This document shows positions 10,566-24,137 of a DNA stretch of 64,000 nt, piece by piece (the first letter of the stretch is position 1; each line of letters begins with the position of its first letter). The notes under the pieces are model-generated. The model saw only the letters and a list, made by a program, of their open reading frames with translations. It had not been told where the DNA came from and made no database searches. Both the position numbers and the translations under genes were made by a program. This DNA is from Octopus bimaculoides (taxonomy: Eukaryota): the NCBI RefSeq assembly GCF_001194135.2, contig NC_068986.1, positions 3,078,197 to 3,142,196 on the forward strand, written 5' to 3'.

Positions 10566-13500
10566 CAACTGTCTTTCTTCCTGAAAGAAATTGGCTACGA
10601 ATGAGCGTGGAGAGAGAAAGGTGGGCTCTGCCGGGTTTGAAAATGCCAACGACAAGCTACATATTACAATAGCATGGAAAACCAAAGGCAAAACGAAGCC
10701 TTTCTGTGTGTGGGTAGCTCAACTTTCTGTTTAAAAGAAAACAAAAAACAAAAAAAAAAATTCAATTTCCCTGAAATCATAACTCCTCCATCTAGAAACA
10801 ATAAGGGGACAGAACATAATATAGTTCAAGAAGTCACGAAATAGACATGATAGTCACAACTGGATTGTCTCTTGTCACAGGTTCACTCAGTCAAAGCAAC
10901 TGGATCCTCAAAAAAAAAAAAAAAAAAAAATTCATGGCAAAATATTTTAATTTTGTTCTAGGCCTTTTAATTCAGTATACCAATTTATGATTCAAAGAGA
11001 ACTGATTCTTCACTCACACCCCATCCACACTTCTTGTAAGTGACCCTTACATTTTAAGTCACTCATGAACACACTCCAGTCTCTGATGCACAGTCTCCCT
11101 CCCTCTCTCTCTCTCTCACTTGCATCCTCTCTTTTTTTTCTTTTTTAAACCTACTATTAGTACAGTGACCTCTGTTCTTTCTGGTTCAGCTCCTGTACCT
11201 CCACCCCCCACCCCACAACTCAGGCGCTCCTGACTCACTTGTTTTTATTTTACTCTTGTTATCCACATCACCGTCATACCACTCCCACACCATCTAGCAC
11301 TAACCACTTACTGCTCTTAATCCCTCCACACACAGAACATCATCCCTCTGGAATTCCTTCCCTCCACGTATTTTGACTGCAGCTACCAACATAAAACTGT
11401 GTCGATCTCACCTGTCTCAGAGGTACCGTTTATCCACTGGTTTAATTTGGAGGAAAGGACTATTCCCTGATACAGTCTCTTTTCTCCAAGATTAAACAAA
11501 TGAAAAAAATAAATAAATGAAAAATAAACAATTGAAATAAGGTTGTACTAAATTCCTAGAATGCTGTAGTATAATTGGAGGTTCCAGTATATTTTCATAC
11601 AAACACCAAATACTAACGAATATATTAGAAATATGTCAAATTATTTTATCATTGTATAGCATTTTCAAATAAAATTTCATTTCATAATTTAAACAAAATC
11701 TAATAAAAGGATTTTTCAGATTATTTCGATTTAAATAAAAAACAAAAAAGACTTCTTTCTGTTTTACATAAAACAAACAAAAATACAAATGCAAAATAGT
11801 TTAAAGTAAAGCAATGCTTAATTTTTAGTGAAGTAGATTTTACTGGAAGAATTGAAGAACATGAGGTGTGGAAGAAAAATGTCAAACTGTCTTATGAGAA
11901 GAAAATATAGTTTTCTATCAGATTATATTTCATTTCATAAGGCGAGAAAAAAAAAAAAACTGTGTGTAATCAATGATATACAATTTATCAATAGCAGGGA
12001 TTNNNNNNNNNNNNNNNNNNNNNNNNNNNNNNNNNNNNNNNNNNNNNNNNNNNNNNNNNNNNNNNNNNNNNNNNNNNNNNNNNNNNNNNNNNNNNNNNNN
12101 NNNNNNNNNNNNNNNNNNNNNNNNNNNNNNNNNNNNNNNNNNNNNNNNNNNNNNNNNNNNNNNNNNNNNNNNNNNNNNNNNNNNNNNNNNNNNNNNNNNN
12201 NNNNNNNNNNNNNNNNNNNNNNNNNNNNNNNNNNNNNNNNNNNNNNNNNNNNNNNNNNNNNNNNNNNNNNNNNNNNNNNNNNNNNNNNNNNNNNNNNNNN
12301 NNNNNNNNNNNNNNGTTTGTCTTTTCTTTGTATTTATTTATTTAATAGCGTTCATTAGAAAATGGTCATAATAGGGAACTACTATGTCTTTACTAAAGGG
12401 GGGGGGGAGGTGTTTGGTTCTCCATCTCCAACCAACCAAATACCCTTCTTTTCTACTAATACATTTAATGAAATGCATTATTATTATTATTATTATTAAT
12501 AATAATAATAATAATAATAATGCAACCCCAATTGTCTGACAATTGTGGCAAAGGATTTTCTGTAAAAAGAAATTCCTGGAGTTGCTGAATTAATTTTTAA
12601 AAACACCCCAAGAAACCACACACCTGCACACACACATACAACAACAATAACAACAACAACAGTAACAGCAATAATAATATCAATGATAGCAACAAAACAA
12701 TAATGTCACGAAAAAGGGGTTTCCATATTTATATATATTTGCTTTGAGTGAACAAACGTAAAAGCCCACTACAGCTAGTATAATTATTCCGCTCTCCTAG
12801 CAAATTGACCTTGACAGTGAAAACAAGGAAGTAAGGATTTCTCTTCCAAAACAAGATCTTAGTAGTATCCAGAGTAAAATGGTAAAATACTATTTGAAAT
12901 GAAGAATGCCTTTAGTTATTTTAGTCATTGAACAGCAGGGAATTAATAATTATGTATATTTTTATTATTTAAATTTTTTTTTAGCAATGTGATAGTAAAA
13001 AAAAAAAAATTAAGTTTAGTGGGGGTGGAGTGAGGTGAGAAAAAATAGGCTACCAAAATAATAAAGAAAAAATTCTAAAAATATGACATCAGAAAAAAAT
13101 GGTAAACATGTTAAGGATTTTAATCTTCAAAAATATATTTTCAAATATATATATATATTATAGTCTTAAAAATTAGACCTATTAAAAATATTTAATTACT
13201 AGATTCTAATTAAGTGTGAATGAAAAAAAAAACAAGGCCTATATAAAATAAAATGCATCATTATTTATATTCTAATAATAATAACAACAACAATAAAGAT
13301 GGTGATGATGATAACGAGAATGTCAACAACAACACCAACAATCACAATATTAATCATTTATTCAGAGATTGGTTTTGTTATTGTTGTTATTTTCATCAAA
13401 GATATCCTGTAAAAGCATCATTGAGTGCAGTGCCAACTACAAATATATCAAACAAATAAGTAAATAAACAAATAAATAAAACAAAAACAATATTCTCTTC

Positions 13501-13651
13501 TCCCCTCACCCCCACCGCTATCTCTCTCTCTCTCTCTCTCTCTCTCCAAGAAATTCCAGAATGCATTGCTGACAGACATAGTTCAAGAGGAATTATGTTG
13601 CATTCTTCACTCTGTCGCTTTGTCAATCAAATTCCTATGATTCCACAGTTG

Positions 13652-13851
13652 AAAGAAGAAGAAGAAGAAGAAGAAGAAGGTGGAGGAGGAGGAGGAGGAA
13701 GAAGAAAAAAAAGGAGAAAGAGGTGATGGAAGAAGTGAGATCGAAAGGGATGGAGGAGGGGGAAAGAGGGCAAAATAAAATGCTCATGATGATGATGGTG
13801 GTGGTTGTGGTGATGATGATAATAATAATAATGATGATGATCATAATGATA

Positions 13852-13899
<48 letters not shown>

Positions 13900-14341
13900 T
13901 GGAAATGTCAAGGCTAAACATTGTTGTCCAGTGAGAGAGCGTTAGTTTCAGTGTTTCCGCATTTCCACTGGCAGAACTGTGCTCTCACTAGGTCACTAAG
14001 TATAATGCAGTAGCAGAAAGAAACCCAACAGGAAAGGGATAACTACAGTTACTAGGTTTTTATTGAGGAAGAAATATCAAAGCCACTGCTACACTTCTGC
14101 TGCCGCTGCCACTATACAGCGGCAGCAGCAGCAGCAACACCTAGAGTGGTTGCTGCTGTTGCTGGTGCTGTTGTTGTTACTGCTACAGTTGTTGTTGTTG
14201 TTGTTGTTGTTGTTGTGTGTACTGCTACTGCAGTGAGATAGCCTGCTGCAACAACCAAAGAAAATAAAATATTGACCACTGTATGAATTGCAGAATGCGT
14301 GAGGAGTGGAGGATGGTATGTGCTGTGTGTGTGTGGGGAGG

Positions 14342-14389
<48 letters not shown>

Positions 14390-14390
14390 G
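13652..14390. repeat. Compound simple-repeat block: (GAA)n, (GGA)n, (GAT)n, (GCA)n, (GTT)n, (GA)n
   Basis: Read directly from the sequence. It explains the poly-H/I/M ORFs in the track. Confidence 0.95.
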
Positions 14391-14565
14391 AAAGAATAAT
14401 AGCGCAGAATGTCAACAACTATCCGTCAATTCCATTGATGTCATTTTAAGTGAAGCTGATCTGGTATCGCTTCAGCTGGACTGTTATAATTTTATCAAAT
14501 CTCTCACTGCAAGAGTGACGACGCCTTACTCTTGTTTCTCATTTCTCAGAGAAAGAGAGATTGAC

Positions 14566-14616
<51 letters not shown>

Positions 14617-15309
14617 CAGACAGAGAGAGTAAGCATTTGTGAGAGGATACTGTGGTATATGATTTTAGTGACTTGCGTGCAATACAGTAGACAGAGTTGA
14701 GAAAATACATCGTTTCTCTTCTCTTCACTCTGTATATGTGTGTGTGTGTATGTATGTGTATATGTGTCTGTGAGAGTGAGGGGGGGGAGTTCAGCTATGG
14801 TTGATTGGCACACAACACTATCACCAGCAACACCAGTAAAAGCAACAACATCAAAAGGATAAGGAATGCACAGTTCCAAGTTGTCTTTAAAAGCAAACCA
14901 AAGTAGGAATCTATTTTCCCCAGACAAGATGGAACAGTATAATAAGTATCATAAAAATTTTAACTAAAATACACCTAGTTATTATTATCTATTAGACAAG
15001 AGAAAAATCTGGGGCACAGGTTCAAATTTCGGTACCATCAACTAAATGTCTCGCAAATATTTAGCTTTTGAAATTGAGTATTTTTATTCAGTTCATAAAA
15101 GTAAATTATTTAATACCAATAAATGTTTTCCTTTAAACCAACATGAAATGAAGTTAAAGTTTTACCTATAATTTAAAAATTTTTTTATTTTTTTATTGAG
15201 AATAGTATATATATACAATTAATTTAGATAATATTCCAAGATTAAATCTGCAATCTCCACATGGAAATTAAGAAATATTGACAAATATAATCCCAAAACA
15301 GTTTGGATG

Positions 15310-15376
15310 TGTATGTATGATTTTTTTTTCTGGATATATATATACACACACATACTTATATACATACATACATACA

Positions 15377-15450
<74 letters not shown>

Positions 15451-15615
15451 ACATACATATACATACCTATATACATATATGTGTGTGTAATTTTTTTCTC
15501 CATATATATATTATATATATAATACATATATCTATACCTATATACATACATATATACACATGTGTATGTGTGCATGTGTGTGTGAGAGAGAGGGAGAGAG
15601 AGAGAGAGAGAGAAT
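15310..15615. repeat. Compound (TA)n/(TACA)n/(TG)n/(GA)n microsatellite. Other long tracts: 1-31, 7441-7494, 8284-8330, 17790-17857, 29237-29318, 29620-29860, 44185-44270, 49715-49835, 50798-50850
   Basis: Read directly from the sequence. Confidence 0.95.
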
Positions 15616-16410
15616 ATGGAACTTTTTATTTTAAATGGGCTGAAAATAATAAAGATAAAACTCCTACATTAACTCATTAGGTTACAGTCTCCAAATATCA
15701 GTGGCAAAAGAATTTTAAAATGACCTTCAGTTTAACAAAGTTGTCAGAAATTAGCAGGTCCTTATCCCTGTTGGACTTTGCTCTGTACACCATAGGTCCG
15801 TTCTATTAAGCACAGCGACCTCTACAGGCACTTCTTAAAGCAACTGGAGCACCTATCTTTCTTCCACTACATTTGACATGAAATGGTCAATCACATATTT
15901 GTAAAACTTAATGATGGCCTATCAACCACTGCCACCATTAGTCCTCATCACGCACACACAGACACACACACAAACACACAGCTGCTTGTGCACCGAGAGC
16001 TGATCACTGGCTATCCATTAAGGAATGTTGCTGATTTCATGGTCAATGGTAAGAGTGTAAACTGTGACCTTAGACGCACTAGATGCTAATTATTATAGTC
16101 GATTATAGACTTATTAGTTTGAGAAAAATGACTCATCAAACAGACAAGCTGGTGCTTTTCTGACATAGTTGTTTGATTCTGGAGGTATTAAAATGTTGGC
16201 TTCAGAGTTTTCTCCCGACTCCCTTGTAGCCACCTAGATTATTAACGCGTTACCCCTTTAGTTTCATAGACATTTAAACACTATTTCCATCATTATGATT
16301 TAATCTCACACAGGTCTGAAAATAGTTCAAAATAATAACCAGAATTAATTAACAAATAATGAAAAATATTTCAATGGTAATATAAAAGGAAGTAAAAATA
16401 TATTCCTTTA

Positions 16411-16772
16411 TTCTTTTACTTATTTCAGTCATTTGACTGTGGCCATGCTGGAGCACCACCTTTAGTCAAACAAATCGACTCCAGGACTTATTCTTTTGTA
16501 AGCCTAGTACTTATTTTATTGGTCTCTTTTGCCAAACTGCCAAGTTACGGGGACGTAAACACACCAACATCAGTTGTCAAGTGTTGGTGGGGAAAAATAC
16601 ATGGATACACAAATACATGGATACACAAATACATGGATACTTACATGACGGGCATCTTTCAGTTTCCGTCTACCAAATCCACTCAAACGACACTTGCCAA
16701 AGATGCCATGCAGTGGGACTGAACCCAGAACCATGGGGTTGGGAACCAAGCTTCTTAATGCATAGCCACTCC
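16411..16772 (-). mobile_element. SINE family A, near full length, with an internal 16-bp tandem (atacatggatacacaa x~2.7)
   Basis: Aligns to the other family A copies. Confidence 0.85.
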
Positions 16773-16871
16773 ATATACCGTATTTACACATGTTTAAGTC
16801 ACACTATTTTATACGTGATTTAAATTGAAAAAAACTGGGGTGCAACTTACAAGTAATTACAGCGTGTGTGT

Positions 16872-16912
<41 letters not shown>

Positions 16913-17788
16913 ATTTTTGGAATATATACATTGTTTTGGAGGGTTTTCTCTAAATGCATGATTTTCTTTTTAAAATATTAATTAATGAAAAGTTAATAAT
17001 AAAAAATTAATGAAATTATTTTTCCAAATCCAGCCAATTTTCAGATTCAAAGCAAAATTACAAACCAGTATAATCCAATCATTATTTCACTACTATTTTT
17101 TAAAAATATCTGTATTTAAAACTCACTGACAGACATTTCAAAGTAGTTAAGATGAGATAATATTAATTCAAGGTTTTATGAAATGATATTACAGTCTTTA
17201 TCCCTTAAGTACTCAAATTCTTTGGTGAAATGTATTGCTTATTTCTTCACATTGTTTTGAATTAATCACACAATTACTTTGTAGCTTCAAGATTTTAATG
17301 GTGTACTTATATATGTTTAGAATGACATTGTAGGATAAGTGTGAGAGGTTGGATCAGGTCAGTTTAAACATAAAACAGGTAGAATATTTGGACCAGATAT
17401 GGCCAAATTAAATGCTAAAAGGTTAAATATTTGTTATATTCAGTTAAGAATACTGCTTTTATTTAGTCAAAGGAGCAGGAGATTATTTTTAGCTATCATT
17501 TATAAAGAAATCATTAACAGAGAATGATTGGAAGGTATTTCATCTTCAGGTTTGGATTTGCCCTAATGCATAGAACATCCTCCTAATTTTAAGAGATTTT
17601 ACTTGAAAAATATTATATCCAAAATGATTGTGAACCACAGAAGCCCTAGATTATTACATCTATCTAATGATCATAAAAATTTATTAAAATTCATAAAATA
17701 TTGAGTATAAGGAAACAAAATAAATCAGATGTGTAAAGAAATCCACGACAAGTTATATGTAAAACTGAAATATACTCTCTCTCTCTGC

Positions 17789-17841
<53 letters not shown>

Positions 17842-18859
17842 CATGTGTGTGTGTGTGATTGCATCTATCCTTTCTAATTCTAACACTCAACTTATTTTGC
17901 TAGAGGACTCTAATAGGTATTTCATAAAATCTGTTTACACAGTGTCAAAATATTCAAATACATTAGTCAGCTGAATTTTTAGCTTGTTTTTCTCAAGATT
18001 TTTATAACTTTCAGTGATAAAAGTTCTTATCATTAATAATACAGTTAAATTGCTTTACAAGCTACTGCCGGAGAGCTATTTAAAGCTGGGGGTAGAATTG
18101 ATATTATTCCACCAAAGTAGCAAAGAGCATTGGCTGCTCTCTGCTAACAATTATCTCACAATGAGCCAATGAAGAAGCCACATATGTGGCTAGTTGACCC
18201 ACTAAGAATAGCAGCCAAAATCACTCTAATCATTACTTATCTTAAAAAGGGAAGGTCACATCATTTACTGTGGTTCTAGATGGGTTGTCATACCTGGATC
18301 AAAAGGTTGGCAGAACCAAGGCTAAATATCAATAACTACTGGAGCAACTATTTCACACAAAGAAAAAAAAAAGGAAAGAAAAAAGTATAATACTTAAATA
18401 TGGATTGAGAATTATATTTGCATTCCTTGAAGTGCAAAATGCTTTATTTTTTAATGCACAAAGAAACAGCACAAACACTTATTTTTACAGACTTAAAAAG
18501 GGGTCTCGTCTGAAGCAAGGAAGCTCATCTGAGAACAATAAAGCCAATTCGCTGTCATGCTGTATGTTGCGCAAGCCTAATATAGACTTTTTTGGTTAAG
18601 AAATTACTATTTAAATCAATGCCATTATTGAGAACCAAACAGTGAAAGGGAACAATACTGTCACTTAATCTACTGCAGTTAGATGTGGAACTGTTATCTA
18701 CTTCAAGATAAGAGATCTATTTAATAGAGAATAAGATTGGGCTCAACTATCATTTAGCTGAAATATGCTGAGATAGAGTGACCCACACAGTATGGTAATA
18801 CAAACAGAACCATTCTCATCACCATTTGTACATTATTTTTTGATTCATCTATGGATTGG

Positions 18860-21340
18860 ATAGGTTTTCTCCACTATGCTGTCTTGTCGTTTGTTGTGTC
18901 TTTCACCATCTCCTTCTTCAACTCCACACTTTAACAACTCATATCCTCCTTGACTTTCACAACATATCTTCCTTGGTTGTCTTCTTCCACATGTTCTTCC
19001 CATTTGGATTGTTTTATCCAATCATCATCATTTGTATGCGTCACATGTCTATGCAAATCTCTCTTACTCTCTACATCTGATCCCTCTAGAAACCAGTTTT
19101 CTCTCAGTTCACTATCATTATACACCCAACTGAGTATGCTCCCCTCATTTCATTGCACTCTCCAAATATCTTCAACATTCAATGCCATACAACATCACAC
19201 TTGCTAGTGTATACATGAGCAATGTACAGTCTGCCCTTCACCCAAAGAGAGAAACCCTTTGCTGTCAACAGAAATAATAGCTCTCTTGGAATTTCTTTCA
19301 TGCAGTTCTTATTCTGGCTACTGTGTTTTTGGAACACCCATTTTCACTGTTAATTAGGTCACCTTCATGACAAATGCTATCAACTATTTCTAAGGAACTT
19401 TCTGAGGATTTGAAAAGAATATGATTTTTACTGCTAATTAATTTTTACTGTACATACGTGTACATAGTATACTAATTAATTTTTACTGTACATATGTGTT
19501 TTCCTTATTTGTTAACCAGTCTGTGAATCTACTACACATCTTGTGCATCCATGCTCTACATCTACTGTATAAAATTCCTGCTTACCAAGCATGACCGTTT
19601 TCTGGACGTCAATAGAGTCCTATCTTCTTTTCTGCTAACTAAAACTAGGCTTACTTTGGGGTTTATTGATTTTAAACTTTTCTCCTACATTTAGAATATT
19701 TTCTTTGATTCTTTAACAGATTAAACTATAAGAACTCGGTCATCAGCATACAAGTGTTTCCACAGCCAGCCAGCCAGCCTTAAAAACTCTTCTGTTATGG
19801 CTTGGGAGAATCATAATAAACAAGGATGAGAGCTGTCCTAACTGCAAGATAAATTCTCCACTGAATACCTTGTTAACTTGCTGCCAGTATATGGCTTGAA
19901 AAGTCTCTCACAAACCATTTTCCAAGTCATCACAGACAAAGTGGGATTTCCTGTGAAAAGCCTTTTCCAGATCAATGACCGTCAAAAACCTCTCCTGTAA
20001 TTGTCTCATTAAGAATTTGGTTCATTAATGTGATACAGCTTTATTTACTCCTTGACTGACAATGCGAGTAACTTATGTGCACCTCACACTTCCAGATAGT
20101 TTCAGTGTCTCAGATATCTCTGAGAGTGCAGCTGTTTCATCTAATTTCGTATCTTTGTGTTTTCAATCATACGGCTATCAATTTCAAAAGTTGATCCCCG
20201 TGTTTAGTCTATTCTGGGTAGTCCTCACTCGCCAATACATTCTCCTCATTCAGCAACATCTCATATTAAAGATTCAATTCGTCTTCTCAGCATCAGTGAA
20301 GGTAAGTGCACCACTATTATTTTAAACACACTTTTCCCCGACAAGCTACTTTGCAATCTGGAACACCTCACACCTCTGAGCACTGGCAAACCTACTTTCA
20401 GTTTCTCTCATATCAGTTTGCTAAAACTGTCCAACTCCCCTTCTAGCAAACTGATATCATTCCCTGTGACTCAATTTCTTCGAATCTTCCCAGGCCTGTC
20501 TCTTAGATATATGTCTCTATTTACTGTACTATTCCACCACTATGTCACCTTTCATCTGGCTAGAACCCTGCTCCATTCACAAATATGGTATGTGAATTGC
20601 AAAAGGTTATCTTATAGAAACTCCCAGTTCTCCTCCCTATTTTATAGGTTTCTGTCTCTTCCTCCTCCTCCTCAATATATGTCAACTAGTATTTCTCTGA
20701 ACCTGCATCTTGTTGAGAGATCTTTCATCTCCTATACATTCTTTCTCCAAATTGTGGATTTCTGAATCTACCTACCTTTTATCTTAAGGTTGCTAACCAC
20801 TAGGTTGTGTTGTGTGGTACATTCTTCACAAAGGAAGAACCAGCTGCTTAATCTGATTCCTGGTGAGTATGGAATCTATCTGTCTTGCATCTTCACCTGA
20901 CTGGTAAGTGATCAGGCAGTTAGCTGAAGTTAGAGTTGCAGGTATCTGGAGTATCATGATGCTGTTGCCCAACATGCCCACTAAAACCACCAGCTGTAGT
21001 AACGAAGCTGATTCATTATCAAGAGATTCTGTAAGAGGACCTCACAGAACCAGTCCTTTTGCTCATCTCACAGTCCTGACTAATGAGAAATTATTGTTGT
21101 GTTGTCCATGACTAATCTAAGCCTAAATATTTCCTCACATACTCTACTTTGATTACTTTATACATTATACCTATTCACCCACCCAAGCTGTTACTCACCC
21201 CAAAGAATTCGTAATTGTGTTCCTGGGGAGTCTAGCTTACCACTGATCTATAGCACATGTGTTCTTACCTCCACTCCTGCATCTCTACAACATCTCCAGC
21301 TTTATCTTCTTTTTGCTAACACTGATGGTGGGAACCTTGA
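18860..21340 (-). mobile_element. Decayed RTE-clade non-LTR retrotransposon (endonuclease C-terminus, RT, C-terminal domain)
   Basis: Minus-strand remnants: LITYQSG...QIDSIL (APE endonuclease end, ~20870-20920), IDLEKAF (19956-19973), LYADD (19739-19750), ARIRTA*KKF and a C-terminal R-rich tail. Many stops and frameshifts. Confidence 0.85.
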
Positions 21341-23078
21341 GGTTTTGTACCTGACAGAATGAAGCTAGATTCTGGTGTGCAAACTATTTTATGTTTGAAG
21401 TATTTAATAAAATACAAAACTTTCATGAAAATGTCAGACAATTAATCAAACAATACATTTATTGTGAATAAAAACTGAGGAAAATTTCATCACAAAATAT
21501 ATTAAATGTTAAGTGCATCTCTATTGAATATATTTGAAAAAAAAAAAAAAAAAAAGTCAGAAGAATCAGGAAAAATTATGAATCTACCAAAATGAGTTGT
21601 AATAGTAAAAGGTTGAGCACCACTGATAGATACCTTTTCAGATTTATGACATTCTCCCCATACAGATATCATGGACAGAAATAGAAATGTTAGCTGCTAT
21701 GTGTCATGTATAAATTTTAGAATTTTGGATGATGAAATATGAGATAATTTGTTATTGTACTTCACAAAAAAAAAAAGAAAGTGAGAAAGGAGAAATTAGA
21801 TATGGTGTGGGCAGTGAAATCACAAACAGAAATGTTACAGTACTTCACAAAAAACAAAAACTATATGAAAAGTGAGCGGTGTGGAATTAGATATCAGTGG
21901 GTGCACAATGACGCGTAATGATATTTTAGGAAGATTGGCAAAGAATCAAAACGTCAGGTGGATCACAAACTCTGCTAGAACCAACAAATGAGCAAGCCAA
22001 AAAAACTAAAGACTAAAGTACAGTCAAGAATCCAACAAACTGGTGAGGGTTGGTGTCAGTAACAATGAATTCTGTGACAAGTACGAAGTTTGATGTTTCT
22101 GGTTCTGTCTTTCGACAGACGGTAGATAAAGGTAAAGTTGTTAACCTGGTTGGCAGTACAAGAAGTATTTACTCAACATTCTTCAAACTCTCCACCTAAA
22201 GAGTAAGATATGAAGTTAGTGAATGGTTTCAACAACTTAAGGGACCCATTTAGTATGCTAGAGTGGATTTAGTTACAATCAGTGTTCACAGTATAATGTA
22301 GAAACAACACTGTTAGTGATAGCAGCAGCACCATTGCCATCATTAGCATGACTAGCAAATCTACCCATCTACGATGGAGGCAAGTCATATCAGCAGTATG
22401 TATTGAGAAACGTGTAAATGGACTCGATAGATTACTGGGTGATGTCTTAGAGAAATCACATTATTGTTGGTGATACAACGTTCTATTGCAGCTCTATGAT
22501 GTGTTTGTGACTAAGTGACATGTAATGACGATTCACTCCTGAACTGAAATAGGCTCCCAGTCTCTGTATCATGAATGGTTAGGCAGACCACTCCTAACAA
22601 CAGCCAGAGCTTCCTTTGACCACTACGTAAAAAGTATTAAGAGAAAAATGTTATTTCGATATACTTTTATTTTAGTTGTTTGCACTATTTTACGCTTGTT
22701 CATACTCTTATACATTCAAAGTTCATAAATTTCCTTATTCAAATTATGAATCCTATTCCTTTCGATGATATCAAGATGATTACAAAACTTCTTTGTAGAC
22801 AATATTTTCTGTTTGGTCGACACTAATTTTCAAATTACTGGAGTCTGTTACTCTACTCATAGCAACATACTGGCGAAAGTAAACAATTTCACTGTCTTTT
22901 GCTCAGTCAATGCTAATGACAATATGTAGAAGTGACCTTCTTGTATACCCACATACAAACAAACATATACCTATGTAATTCCTTTTTTGGAATGGTGAAT
23001 CTAAGATGAAGCTATAAATAATACCATGTAAATATTGGGTTAAATAAAAAACCTTTGCATAAAAAAGTAAATGGCTGC

Positions 23079-23119
<41 letters not shown>

Positions 23120-24092
23120 AATGACTGATAGGCTATCACACAATTTGTCTCCTAATTCTATTCACAAAGCATTGCATGGCCCAGGGTTACAGTAGAAGAC
23201 ATTTGCTCTGCAATGCCATACAGTGGGACTGAACACAAAATTACATGGTTGCGAAGCAAACTTCATTACAGTAAAACCATTCTCATGCCGATGAGCAATT
23301 CTTTTTCTAAGAATGCAGTATGATGCAGTGCAGTAGTAAAACAGTTATAAAAAAAAAAGACCTACAGAGACAAGAAAGGATGTGATTAAAAAAATGGTCT
23401 GTTAGATATATAACTTCAAAGTCAGTTTGTTTGGTAGTGGTGGGGGTTGTTAGAAAATATTTGTGCATTAGAGTCATCAGTGTACACATCAGATGCTAGT
23501 GATGGTATGGTGATTGTGGATGGCCATGGTTGGAATGCCTTTGATCATAAGTATCTTGATAGGAGCTGACCTGGGGATAAGCAATGATATACAGACAAAT
23601 ATGACTCAGTACATTAATTTATTCATCACTCACATTGTACTAGTACTGAAAACTAATCTAATATTCAGTTCTCACTGACTGGTGAGAGTAAAAAAAAAAA
23701 CTTCTTTGAAATAAAAAATAGAATTATACTAAAGTTATTGTTATACATTATTAGATATGTATCAACTGTAACTGGTGCAGGTCTAATCGAGAGCAAAGTT
23801 AATTAAAAGGCACTGGAATAGCAGTATAGAGGAGAAGTTAGCTTCGCAGCCAAACGGTCATATGTTTGATGCCACTGCATAATATTTTGGACAAGCAGAT
23901 TCTCTACATAGTCTAAGGTTAATTCTTGCTGAGAGGTGTGGCTGTGGTGGTTAAGAAGCTTGCTTCCCAACCAAAGAGTTTTGTTTCATTCCTACTGCAT
24001 GCCATCTTGCACGAAAGTGTCTTCTGCTATCGCCCTGGGCTGACCAAAACCTTGTGAGTGTATATGTTAAACAGAAACTGAAAGCAGCTCAT

Positions 24093-24137
<45 letters not shown>

